64,000 nucleotides of DNA from Candidatus Woesearchaeota archaeon. GTDB taxonomy: Archaea; Nanobdellota; Nanobdellia; Woesearchaeales; JABIAG01. The notes beneath the pieces were generated by a model. That model was not told the DNA's origin. It worked only from the letters and a program-made list of their open reading frames with translations, and did no database searches. Shown here piece by piece: positions 47,703 to 57,140 of this stretch (positions are counted from its first letter, which is position 1; each line of letters starts with the position of its first letter). The translations under genes were made by a program, and so were the position numbers. The stretch lies in the NCBI GenBank assembly GCA_018653365.1, contig JABIAG010000002.1, forward strand, positions 1 to 64,000. Reading direction: 5' to 3'.

Positions 47703-49862
47703 TTATTGTTTCTTACTTTGTCTTTCTATGTTTCGACATTTGGGGTATGCATCGCATGCTAGGAAGTGTCCATATACTGATTTTCTTAACACCATTTTTC
47801 CTTTTTTACATTTGGGACATTTTTTGCCCTCGTTTTTTGCCTCTATTTTTTTAGAAGGGCAGTCTGTGTTTATGCAGACTTCTTGTGGTCGTTTTCCTCT
47901 TTTTATCATTGTGATCATTATTGAGTTGCATTCTTCACATATTTTTTCTGATTTTTTTACCATGCCATTTGAAGGTATGGAAAAAGTTGTCTTACAATCA
48001 GGGTATTTGTCACATGCTATGAATTGGCCAAATCTGCCTCTTCTTATTCTTAGTACTCCCTCTTTGCAGTTGGGACATTTTCCCATTGTTTCTATTTGGT
48101 CTCGAGTTTCAGTGAAGGTTTTTCTTAGTTCTCCGCCTACTTTTGCTTCTTTTAGTCCGAAGTCTTTTATTATTTCAATTATGATTTTTTTTGCTTCTGC
48201 TAATACTGATTCTGGTTTTTTCTTTTCTTTTCTTATCTTTTCCATTTCTTCTTCGAAATGTCTTGTCATCTCTTCATCAGTTATTTTTGGTACGTATTTT
48301 GCTAGAATTTTATCAACTTTAAGTCCTAATTCTGTAACCTCTAATTTTTTCCCATCAAGATAATGTCTTTGGAATAATGTATCGATGATAGAAGCACGGG
48401 TAGCTTTGGTTCCTAAATTTCTTTTTTCTAATTCTTTAATTATTGAGGCTTCTGTAAATCTTTTTGGGGGTTGAGTTTCTTTGTCTAATTTTTTTATTTT
48501 CTTGCTTTTTACTTCTTCACCGGTGGTTGTTTTTGGTAGTTCTTCTTCTTTTTGTTTTCCAAATGTTCCGTAATATTCCAGCCACCCTTTTTCTTTTGTT
48601 ACTGTTCCTTTTGTTACGAATATTTCTTCATTACAGTCTATATTGTATGTTACTGTTTCTTTTAGTGCTGGTTCTCCGAATGTTGCTAGGAATCTTCTTA
48701 CAATTAGTTCGTATAATTTTCCTTTTCTACTGTCTAGTTTCTTTGGTGAGTCGCCTGTAGGATATATTGCGGGGTGGGCTTCGTCTTTTTTCTTTCCATT
48801 ATTGGGTTTTAGACTTTTGCCCATTAATTCTGTTGCATGTTTTTCAAATTCTGCTTGATTGGCTAATTTTTTCAAAATTTTCTTGTACCCAATACTTTCG
48901 GGTAATTGTTGGGAAGAAGTTCTTGGATAAGAAATTGCTCCGGAAGTATACAGCTCTTGTGCTATTGATAGGGTTTCTTTTGGTGGAATTTTTATTTTTC
49001 CATATGCTTCAATTTGTAGTGAGGTTAAGTCAAAGGGGTGTGGGGGTTGTTGTTTAAACTCCCTACTTTTTATGTCTTTGATGTTGGCTTTTTTACCTTT
49101 TGTTTTTTCAAGAATGTCTAAAACCTCTTTTTCTTTTTCGAACTTTCCATTTTTGTGTGATGCGATTACTTCACCATTTTCTAATTTACCTGTTAGTTCA
49201 ATTTCCCAGAAGGGTGTTGGTTTGAATTTTTTTATCTCTCTTTCACGATCTGCTAATAATTTCAAAGCAGGTCCCTGAACTCTTCCTGTAGATAATAATT
49301 TGTATGTGCCTGCACTTGATATTGCTTTTGTTAGTGCTCTTGATATGTTGATGCCGTAGAACCAATCTAGTTTGTGTCTTGTCTCTCCTGCATTTGCTTG
49401 TCCCCAATCGAGATGCGATTCTTTTTTCTCGTAAGAACTAACTAGTTCGTCTTTAGTTAAAGTAGAGAACTTCATTCGGTTTGCATCTTTTTTCTTTGCA
49501 ACATATCTTACAATGTTTAGACCTATGACTTCTCCCTCAATATCAAAGTCTGTTGCAACGGTGAATGTGTCACATTGTTTTGCTAATCTTTTCAAAGTAT
49601 TCAAATATTTTTTTGAGAAGTCTGCTTGTTTTCTTAGTTCGGATGAGGGTACCCAGTCAATATCAAATAGGGGGAATCCTTTACCTTTTGCTTTTAATCC
49701 ATATAAGTGACCAACTGCACATCCTACAATTATATCGTTATTTTTATATTTTAGTTTGTAAAATGGTACTTTGTTGTCGCTTTCTTTTGTTGCTTTACCG
49801 TCGGAAAGAGCGTCTGCAATTCTTTTGGCTGCATTTGGTTTTTCTGAAATGATTAATTCCAT
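47703..49862 (-). CDS. topA: Type IA DNA topoisomerase with Zn-ribbon tail
   Basis: SEKP, TDFDIEGE, GRVQ, ISYPRT (catalytic Tyr), LGTKATR, C4 repeats. Confidence 0.96.
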   Translation of the reverse strand: MELIISEKPNAAKRIADALSDGKATKESDNKVPFYKLKYKNNDIIVGCAVGHLYGLKAKGKGFPLFDIDWVPSSELRKQADFSKKYLNTLKRLAKQCDTFTVATDFDIEGEVIGLNIVRYVAKKKDANRMKFSTLTKDELVSSYEKKESHLDWGQANAGETRHKLDWFYGINISRALTKAISSAGTYKLLSTGRVQGPALKLLADREREIKKFKPTPFWEIELTGKLENGEVIASHKNGKFEKEKEVLDILEKTKGKKANIKDIKSREFKQQPPHPFDLTSLQIEAYGKIKIPPKETLSIAQELYTSGAISYPRTSSQQLPESIGYKKILKKLANQAEFEKHATELMGKSLKPNNGKKKDEAHPAIYPTGDSPKKLDSRKGKLYELIVRRFLATFGEPALKETVTYNIDCNEEIFVTKGTVTKEKGWLEYYGTFGKQKEEELPKTTTGEEVKSKKIKKLDKETQPPKRFTEASIIKELEKRNLGTKATRASIIDTLFQRHYLDGKKLEVTELGLKVDKILAKYVPKITDEEMTRHFEEEMEKIRKEKKKPESVLAEAKKIIIEIIKDFGLKEAKVGGELRKTFTETRDQIETMGKCPNCKEGVLRIRRGRFGQFIACDKYPDCKTTFSIPSNGMVKKSEKICEECNSIMITMIKRGKRPQEVCINTDCPSKKIEAKNEGKKCPKCKKGKMVLRKSVYGHFLACDAYPKCRNIERQSKKQ

Positions 49863-49904
49863 GAATTTAATGGTAACTAAAGAATCTTATAAAAAAGTAT
49901 CTAT

Positions 49905-50267
49905 TTAGTGTAAAAATTCGGTTGTAAATGCATTATTTACATCCATTCCTTCTGAAACTATTCCCTCTTCTACTAGTCGATCATATGTTTCTTTGAACAT
50001 TTCATAATCCATATGTCCGTCAACACTAGTAACTGAATTATCAATAATTAATCTTTTCATTTCTGTTTCTGCATTAAGTTTTGCATTTCTTTTCACTGTT
50101 GATTTAACTCCGTCTTCTGGATTTTCAACAACATAGTTCACTCCTTTTAATGTTGCCCTCACAAATCGTTGTACTGTTTCTGGATGTTCTTTAATCATTT
50201 CTTCTGTCGCAAATAAGGTAAGTCCGTGTGTATTAATTCCATAATTTGCAGGAGATATGATATTAAG
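49905..50267 (-). pseudogene. C-terminal fragment of an NMT1/THI5-like ABC substrate-binding protein
   Basis: Frame reads LNIISPANYGINTHGLTLFATEEMIKEHPETVQRFVRATLKG back to a TGA at 50268-50270. The N-terminal part and permease genes are absent. Confidence 0.7.
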
Positions 50268-50316
50268 TCAAAACAAAATGCTGAACGGTATAGAAAGTTC
50301 TTTCACTCGGTTTGGT

Positions 50317-50589
50317 CTAGGCAATCATCTTAACAAAAACTAGTATTAATGCAAGATTGATTCCTACTGCTGTTAGTCTAAACATCTTTTCTATTTTTTG
50401 TATTTTGTGAGCGTTTAATCTTTTAATGTATGCATCATACTCTTTTACTTTTGCAGAATAGAAATCTTCAGCATCATTGAAGTCATGGTAAACTCCATTT
50501 TTTCTTTTATTTTTTTCTAATTCTAAATGTGCTACATACTTGTAAGTGTGTGCTAGATGTAATCGGTTTTCAATCTCCCCCAGTTTCAT
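50317..50589 (-). CDS. Small hypothetical protein with a C-terminal TM helix
   Basis: 90-aa ORF with an upstream TATA-like site. Confidence 0.5.
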   Translation of the reverse strand: MKLGEIENRLHLAHTYKYVAHLELEKNKRKNGVYHDFNDAEDFYSAKVKEYDAYIKRLNAHKIQKIEKMFRLTAVGINLALILVFVKMIA

Positions 50590-50633
50590 GCTTTTTTATA
50601 GAATCTTAACTATATAAATTTTGTGTCATTAGA

Positions 50634-51056
50634 TCAGGGAGCTTCCATTCGTGCTTTAAGATCTCTAAATGTGGTTTTTAGTCCATATGGGAGTCGATCT
50701 TGTAAGTTAAGATCTTTGCTGTGCCCTTTTGCTCCTCTTTCAATTTCTTTTCTTGCAGAGTCTGGACATCGGTCTTCCAGTTTTGCTATTATTTGTTGGC
50801 CGACTTCTCGCGATCTTCCTGAAGAACATAGGGGTTGGTAGGGACAGCGTAACGTATTGCAGATGTGGTCTGAAGTTTTAACAATCTCTATTCGGGTCAT
50901 ATCTCGAACTGAGACTGAGAATGCCAACAACCTATCATAAAAAGGACCGTATGCATGAATAAATATTGCACGGTTTTTTTCTCGCTGTCTCTGGGTTATG
51001 GTCTGAGCAGCAATTATGAATGTGATGTGGTGGGGTTTTAACCTTATGTAATCCAT
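50634..51056 (-). CDS. DUF1284-like metal-binding protein
   Basis: LKPHH ... DHIC...CPY motifs. Confidence 0.55.
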   Translation of the reverse strand: MDYIRLKPHHITFIIAAQTITQRQREKNRAIFIHAYGPFYDRLLAFSVSVRDMTRIEIVKTSDHICNTLRCPYQPLCSSGRSREVGQQIIAKLEDRCPDSARKEIERGAKGHSKDLNLQDRLPYGLKTTFRDLKARMEAP

Positions 51057-51148
51057 GGTCGAGGGAGGGGTTGTGATTATTTAAAGATTGAGGAATTATC
51101 GGTTTTAATGTTAGAAAAAGTTAAAAACATTCCGTTTAGAAGAGGATC

Positions 51149-52093
51149 ATGGATCAAATAATCGATGAACTCTTACAATCTTTGAGTGAGACTATTAACA
51201 AACCCAGCACTAAAGCATTGTTTCAGGGCAAAGACTATCATGAAATTCCTTTTAATCAGTCTAACTTCAATCCAATAACTCCAATAAAGGGTAAGTTGGC
51301 ATTTGTTGACGGGGGTAATGCAGAAATACTTTCAGCCGTTAACTTCTCTTTACAATTCTTCAGAATATACTATTGTATTTATGAAAATAACAAACTACTA
51401 AAACAAGATAAGAAAGAGTTCTTTGCTTTAATTAATTCTATTCCAAAAAATAATAAAATCTTTTTTCAAACTAAACTATTTCAATCAGACCTAGAAATCC
51501 CCTTAATACAATCTACTGAAGTTGAATCACTAGCATCAGTTGCAGACCTAATCAGAAGAGCAGCAGAAATAGAAATCACAAAAGAAATAAATTCAGAATA
51601 TGTTATTCTTGATGGTAATCTAAAAGCAGATGCAGAGTTCATTAGGGAATTGCTAAAAAACAAAACATTATACGCGTTATCAAAAACTAACGAATTATAC
51701 ACTGATTCAGGAAACTCATTAACCGTTGAACTTTCTACCCTTTCCCCGTTCGATTCTTGGCAGTACACCAACTTAGTTAAGATATCTTCAAAAATGCACA
51801 ACGCAGATATTGTAATAACCAAACTTCATCCATTATCAAAATACATTTTCAAACTCGAAACTCCTAAAGATACTGATTTAAACATAATTCCTGTTCTGGC
51901 TTCTAATTCAACAGATCCAGTATTTCTTGGTTATCCGTACGGGCTTGTACAAGCAGATAAACATGCAAGGGTCTCAAATCAAGAAAAAGAATATTTTAAG
52001 GTGAAACTTCTCACTTCCTCTAAAAATAAGGAGAAATTATCACAATATTTAAATACTATTAACGCGCATAATATTTTAGATAGCATATTATAG
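51149..52093 (+). CDS. nurA: NurA 5'-3' nuclease
   Basis: AFVDGG, ILDG, LSKT, GYPYGL..AD..A. Confidence 0.85.
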   Translation: MDQIIDELLQSLSETINKPSTKALFQGKDYHEIPFNQSNFNPITPIKGKLAFVDGGNAEILSAVNFSLQFFRIYYCIYENNKLLKQDKKEFFALINSIPKNNKIFFQTKLFQSDLEIPLIQSTEVESLASVADLIRRAAEIEITKEINSEYVILDGNLKADAEFIRELLKNKTLYALSKTNELYTDSGNSLTVELSTLSPFDSWQYTNLVKISSKMHNADIVITKLHPLSKYIFKLETPKDTDLNIIPVLASNSTDPVFLGYPYGLVQADKHARVSNQEKEYFKVKLLTSSKNKEKLSQYLNTINAHNILDSIL

Positions 52094-52101
52094 AAAGTAA
52101 A

Positions 52102-52566
52102 ATGGTTAAAAAAAGGGGTGTAAAGAAAAGAGGCAGTACTAAGAAGTCTTCTGTTAAGTCTCGTTCTAAAAAAGCACCTAAACGTTCTAAAAAACAGAAA
52201 ATAATCTTAGATATTGGAAAAGGAGGTTTTGTTTTCGGTATTATTCTTGCGATTGTTGTAGGTATTTTGTTAGGCACTTCTAATGTCAAACTTGGTTTAG
52301 GCGTGGGTATTACATATTCAATTATTTTTCTATTGGGTTTAATTGTCGGTATTTTGAATATTACGGTTGATGAAATTAATGAGTTTTTAATTGCAGCCAT
52401 TACTTTTTTAGTTGCTGCTGGCGTTAACGTTTTTGTTATTAAGATGACCTTGCCTTTATTTGGGGGAGTTATTGAACAAATTTCTGTTGCGATTGGAGTT
52501 TTCGTTGCTCCTGCTGCAACCATTGTTGCGATCAAAGCAATGTATGAATTAGCAAAGAAAAAGTAA
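52102..52566 (+). CDS. Membrane protein with a Lys/Arg-rich N-terminus
   Basis: Basic tail, then 4 TM helices (LGLIVGILNI; FVAPAA). Confidence 0.7.
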   Translation: MVKKRGVKKRGSTKKSSVKSRSKKAPKRSKKQKIILDIGKGGFVFGIILAIVVGILLGTSNVKLGLGVGITYSIIFLLGLIVGILNITVDEINEFLIAAITFLVAAGVNVFVIKMTLPLFGGVIEQISVAIGVFVAPAATIVAIKAMYELAKKK

Positions 52567-52659
52567 AGTTTATAAAGGAATTCTCACTACTTTATCATAT
52601 GGATGCGAAATCAATTATAGGAATGCATCATTAACAACCCTTCTCATAGTTTTTACTTT

Positions 52660-52733
52660 GGTGACCATAGTGTAGCCTGGTAGCATTGAAGCCTGTGGAG
52701 CTTTAGGGGCGGGTTCAAATCCCGCTGGCCACC
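52660..52733 (+). tRNA. tRNA-His(GTG) with encoded G-1
   Basis: G GTGACCA..TGGCCAC C; anticodon stem GAAGC/GCTTT; T arm GCGGG TTCAAAT CCCGC. Confidence 0.92.
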
Positions 52734-52838
52734 CTCTTTTTAATTTCTTAAATAAGGAGTAGTAGAGTCATATCTATACTTCTTGGAGGACTAAAATGAA
52801 ACAAAAAACAGAACAGATTAGGGAGGCTAAGGCACAGG

Positions 52839-53345
52839 GTGCTGGTTGTATTCACTGTTAGGCCGTATGATTGCAAGGACCTAAATAGTGTGATATCTAT
52901 TTATCAAGCAGTATTTGCTGAACCGCCCTGGAATGAAAGTTGGACAAGAGAGGAAGTAATTGAAGACCTGAGAAGTGCATTAAGACAACCGCAAACAACC
53001 CGGCTTGTTGCAGAATCTGAGAAGCAAGTACTCGGATTTACTTGGGGATATCAATTGCCATCTGAAATGTTTGGTTTGTTGCCAAACTTAACTAAATTTA
53101 GTTACATGGATGAGATGGCTGTTCGCAAGGGAATAAGAAAGAGAGGAATTGGAACACTTCTTGGAGAGGCGTATATAGAAAATGTTAAAAACCAGGGATT
53201 GCCTGGAGTTGTGTTAAGAACCGATCAAAGAAATGATGCATCCATGGCATTGTTTAAACGGTTGGGTTTTTCTTCGGATTTTAATGGAAGAAAAATTTAT
53301 GACCCAAAATATCCTGACAGAGTTTATCTGTGGAGGACGACATGA
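52839..53345 (+). CDS. GNAT acetyltransferase (true start possibly 52796 with a frameshift)
   Basis: FAEPPWNESW, DEMAV..RKRGIG, LFKRLGF. Confidence 0.85.
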   Translation: MLVVFTVRPYDCKDLNSVISIYQAVFAEPPWNESWTREEVIEDLRSALRQPQTTRLVAESEKQVLGFTWGYQLPSEMFGLLPNLTKFSYMDEMAVRKGIRKRGIGTLLGEAYIENVKNQGLPGVVLRTDQRNDASMALFKRLGFSSDFNGRKIYDPKYPDRVYLWRTT

Positions 53346-54298
53346 ACGCAACAGAATTAACAAAGGAATTATTAAAAATTCCTTCCCCTTCTGGGGAGGA
53401 AAAAGAAATAGGTAACTACTTAGTTAATAGATTGAAAACTAATTTTGAGGTAACAACTCAAAAGGTTGATAATAATTTCAATATTTTTGCAATTAAGGGT
53501 AACCCAAAACTTGTTCTACAAACGCACATAGATACTGTTCCCAAACAATTGGAGTTAAAAGAGGATGTAGGATTTGTTTATGGTAGGGGTGCCTGTGATA
53601 CTAAAGGAATTATTGCATGTATGGTTCTTGCTGCTGAAGAAGCTGTCAAGGTAGGGAAAACTAATTTTGGATTGGTTTTTACAGTATGTGAAGAGACTAA
53701 TTTTGCAGGAATTAAGCAAGCAGTAACGCAGTTGGATCCTGAATTGGTGATTGTTGGCGAACCAACTGATTTTAAGGTTGTTTATGGACAAAAAGGAATA
53801 TTTTCTTTTAAGATTGAGTGTAAGGGTAAATCTGCTCACAGCGCAATGCCAGAAAAAGGAGACTCTGCAATAATCAAATTGTTGGATGAGTTAGATAGAA
53901 TAAGAAAAATTAAACTTCCAGAGAACGAATTAGGTAAGACTACCTTGAACATTGGGACAATCAAGGGTGGAACAGTAAACAATGTCATTCCTGATTATGC
54001 AGAAGCAGATATTTCAGTTCGAACTACTGTGAGTGCAGAAGAGATAAAAGAATTGTTGGGAATTAAAGAAGCAGTTAGTTTAGATCCCACCATAATAACT
54101 GACCAAGAATTACTCGACAAGTTTTCATATGATAAAATAACTGTTCCTTATTTTACGGAAATGTATTTTTGGAAGAAAGCAATTGTGTTTGGTCCAGGCA
54201 AAATAGAATTTGCACACAGTGATGATGAAAAAATCAGTAAGACTGATTTGGAAAGGGGAAAAGAAGAGTATTTGCAAATTATTAATTTATTGTCCTGA
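53342..54298 (+). CDS. M20 family metallopeptidase/deacylase (ArgE/DapE-like)
   Basis: SPSGEE, THIDTV, GRGACDTKG, CEE, VGEPT, SAHS, AHSDDE. Confidence 0.9.
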   Translation: MNATELTKELLKIPSPSGEEKEIGNYLVNRLKTNFEVTTQKVDNNFNIFAIKGNPKLVLQTHIDTVPKQLELKEDVGFVYGRGACDTKGIIACMVLAAEEAVKVGKTNFGLVFTVCEETNFAGIKQAVTQLDPELVIVGEPTDFKVVYGQKGIFSFKIECKGKSAHSAMPEKGDSAIIKLLDELDRIRKIKLPENELGKTTLNIGTIKGGTVNNVIPDYAEADISVRTTVSAEEIKELLGIKEAVSLDPTIITDQELLDKFSYDKITVPYFTEMYFWKKAIVFGPGKIEFAHSDDEKISKTDLERGKEEYLQIINLLS

Positions 54299-55762
54299 AC
54301 AAGCCTGGCGTAATTTTTCATCAAAAATATTCCCCATTTTTATGTAGTGGTTGCCCTCTTCTTCAGGTAGTGGAATTTCCATAATTAAATAATTAAGGGC
54401 ATCAATTCCTGATCTAATTGCTGCTTGGACATCCCTAGTTCTTCCCTGTCTTTGATAATATGCTGCCTTATCCATTGCTCTTTCTACTGTGGCAGCTAAG
54501 AACTCATGTAAAAAACTCTCTTCTATTTCACCTCCCTCTGTTATCACGTAATCAGCATATCTTTCGGCAGCCTCAACTTTTTCTTCCATTGTTTTGTAGA
54601 ATGGAACAAACCCGAGTATGTGAGCTGCTTCTGCAGCATATGTTGCGAGTCCTTTATCGGCAGTATCTAAAAACATAATTCCTCCCTCTTCTAATGCCAT
54701 TAGGTTGTCTGTGTGTGGGTCACGACTAACACATCTTCTTCCTTGTTCTATTGTATTGGCTAGTGTATCTGTGTGTTCAACAAGGCGTGCATCAAATTCT
54801 GCTGCATGTTTTCTTGCTTTTGTTAGATAATCATAGGGTGTAAAACTTTCTCTGGGAGTGTGTACGTTGGCTTTTGCTAGCTCTCTTAATGCATTGTCAT
54901 ATGTGTCTTCACTTAAGGCATTAGCTTTTATTAATTCAGTTAGCACTTCTCCTTCTGCAAATTCCATAACATAATATTGTCTATTTCCTGTTGTTAGTAA
55001 AATTATTTCTTGTGGGACTCTTACTATTCCTTCACTTATTCTTCTTACCTGGAGTTCTCGTTCAAATCCCTCTTCACTCTCTTTAACGGCGAGGGTTCCA
55101 ACCTCTCCCTGTCCCACTGTGCTTATTTTTGACATTGCGATTCGGTAGGTTGTGAATTGTCTTAGAAAAACCCCTTTTCTTATCATTTTTTCAACCATTG
55201 ATTGGAGTAGTGGTTGAGTGATATCGTTTCCAAGTTCTAATGTTCTGTAAATTCCAAGTAATGCTTGGAATGCCATCCAGTCTTCATTAGTTTCGTCTTC
55301 TGTCATAGCAACTAATCTTTTTATCATGCTTCTATCCTCTCTTAGAAAATAGTTTGTGTAGAGGAGTGCAGCATTTATTTTTCCCTGATTTATGGCCTCG
55401 TCTAATGTTCTTTCAGCTTTTCTGGGATCTGTTTCAAAATAGTGCAGTGCTAGTGCTTGGTATGTTTCTGGCCTGGCTTCGCCCTGTTCTTTTAGTCTTT
55501 CTAATACTTCTAGTGCCATTTCTTTGCTAAAACCTTCATCATCGTCATCGTACATTGTTAGTCGTAATTGTGCAGGAAATTCCATTCCTCTATCTCCCAA
55601 TAGGATTAGGTGATCAAGATCGTGTATTATTTCTTCACGTGTTGCGGAACCTCTTTCGATTTGTTCTTGTAATTCTGTAACTTTTTGTAGGCCTTCTTTA
55701 TTATGTTGTCGCATTCGAGATATTTCTCTTGCTGTTTCAGAATCAATTGGACTTTCATTCAT
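54287..55762 (-). CDS. Helical-repeat plus APH/kinase-like phosphotransferase
   Basis: AVKE, RE, YYVME, RDPHTDN catalytic loop, FLDT; TPR-like N-terminus. Confidence 0.65.
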   Translation of the reverse strand: MNESPIDSETAREISRMRQHNKEGLQKVTELQEQIERGSATREEIIHDLDHLILLGDRGMEFPAQLRLTMYDDDDEGFSKEMALEVLERLKEQGEARPETYQALALHYFETDPRKAERTLDEAINQGKINAALLYTNYFLREDRSMIKRLVAMTEDETNEDWMAFQALLGIYRTLELGNDITQPLLQSMVEKMIRKGVFLRQFTTYRIAMSKISTVGQGEVGTLAVKESEEGFERELQVRRISEGIVRVPQEIILLTTGNRQYYVMEFAEGEVLTELIKANALSEDTYDNALRELAKANVHTPRESFTPYDYLTKARKHAAEFDARLVEHTDTLANTIEQGRRCVSRDPHTDNLMALEEGGIMFLDTADKGLATYAAEAAHILGFVPFYKTMEEKVEAAERYADYVITEGGEIEESFLHEFLAATVERAMDKAAYYQRQGRTRDVQAAIRSGIDALNYLIMEIPLPEEEGNHYIKMGNIFDEKLRQACSGQ

Positions 55763-55882
55763 GCATTTGGTTAATTTCCTGGTTATTATAAAAATTTGTA
55801 TATACTTTAATGAATTTCACCACTCAAAGGTAACACATAACCAAAAACTTTAAATACTAATTATGCTTTACTGGTCTATAAT

Positions 55883-56893
55883 ATGAGACAAATGCTTGCT
55901 AAATACAGTGGTGCACTAAGAGATTCTTTTAATTATGCTAGACGTACTTCTGTTTCTGATGCTGGTAAAGACCTTAGTTCTTATGTTGGTCGTGTTGCAG
56001 GTGATGCTAGATCTTATGTTTCTGATGCACGGGATTCTATTGGTGAATTTTCTAATGGATTTTTTTCTAATGGATTTGTTAGCTCGATGAGACGTTTAAG
56101 TGGTAATCCTATGCAATCTTTGGCTTTTGCTGGTGGTTATGCTCAACGTATGCCTGAAGATAGACAACAAGAACTTGCTGGTCGTGGTTATGATGCTTTA
56201 AGAGCTCAACACGGTAAAGGTGCGGGTAAAGCACTTGAAAAACTTCAATCTCAACATAAAGATTTCACACTTATAGAATTACTTGTAGTAATTGCAATTA
56301 TAGCAATTCTTGCAGGTATGTTACTTCCTGCTTTGGCTGGTGCTAGAGAAAAAGCAAGATCTTCACAATGTATTAATAATTTGAAACAGCAAGGACTTGC
56401 TGCAACAATGTATGCTCAAGATTATGAAGGAATGTTCCCACAAGCTTCTGGAGCAGACCCTTATGTTACGCCTACAATTAGATTGCGAGCGGGTGCTACA
56501 GCAATTATGGGGGCTGGAAGACTTATTGATGGAAATTATGGTGTTGGGCCAGAACAATTTGAATGCCCTTCTAATTCTAATAAGTGGTTTAGGGGAGGAA
56601 AAGTGGTAAGTAATTGGGGGAGTTTAGCAACTGTTGATAATGCTTACATGTGGACTGGTATGCGAAATATCCGAAGGGATAGATCTCCAACTAGTTCTGT
56701 TTTGGCTTTTGATGCCAACGTTCTTGGTGGCGGAAGTGCAAGTAATGGTCATCCTGGTGGGGTTAATTTAGTTCGTGCAGATGGTGGAGCACAACGTGAG
56801 AACGATACTGCGGGAATTTCTCGTCCATTGACTAGTTCTAGTACTAATATGGCTGATGCTTCAGATCGTTTACAAACCCAATTTGGTCAATAG
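55883..56893 (+). CDS. DUF1559/H-X9-DG prepilin-type protein with a 127-aa N-terminal extension
   Basis: [53 protein letters not shown]. Confidence 0.88.
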   Translation: MRQMLAKYSGALRDSFNYARRTSVSDAGKDLSSYVGRVAGDARSYVSDARDSIGEFSNGFFSNGFVSSMRRLSGNPMQSLAFAGGYAQRMPEDRQQELAGRGYDALRAQHGKGAGKALEKLQSQHKDFTLIELLVVIAIIAILAGMLLPALAGAREKARSSQCINNLKQQGLAATMYAQDYEGMFPQASGADPYVTPTIRLRAGATAIMGAGRLIDGNYGVGPEQFECPSNSNKWFRGGKVVSNWGSLATVDNAYMWTGMRNIRRDRSPTSSVLAFDANVLGGGSASNGHPGGVNLVRADGGAQRENDTAGISRPLTSSSTNMADASDRLQTQFGQ

Positions 56894-56937
56894 TTGGCTT
56901 TCTAAATAAAAACATTTAAATAGTTCTTTTCTGATAC

Positions 56938-56980
56938 GTTAAACATATTAACCTAATTTAACAGGTTAAACTTGTTTAAC
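56938..56980. promoter_or_regulatory. Operator-like array of TTAA(A)C half-sites, including the palindrome GTTAAAC-tt-GTTTAAC
   Basis: Five TTAA cores 8-10 bp apart, between the TATA box and ATG 56982. Confidence 0.6.
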
Positions 56981-56981
56981 T

Positions 56982-57140
56982 ATGAAGTCAAATAAACTAA
57001 TTAAAAATCTTGATGAACAAACCTGGAATAAGTTTGTTGCTTTCTGTAAGCTAAAGAATGTTAAGGTAGCTCCTGAACTCGAAATCATAATAAATACGCA
57101 TTTAGATAAGAATCTAAAACAATTGTTCAATAAAAAATGA
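56982..57140 (+). CDS. Small ribbon-helix-helix-type regulator (52 aa; absent from the ORF track)
   Basis: MKSNKLIKNLDEQTWNKFVAFCKLKNVKVAPELEIIINTHLDKNLKQLFNKK; ATGA overlap with the next gene. Confidence 0.7.
   Translation: MKSNKLIKNLDEQTWNKFVAFCKLKNVKVAPELEIIINTHLDKNLKQLFNKK

Noticed and set aside
54280-55785. 3'-end duplication of the M20 gene around the kinase gene
   Set aside because: The similarity (ttaattt..cctg) is too short and AT-rich.
52734-55800. Integrated island at tRNA-His
   Set aside because: No second copy of the tRNA 3' end and no integrase were seen.
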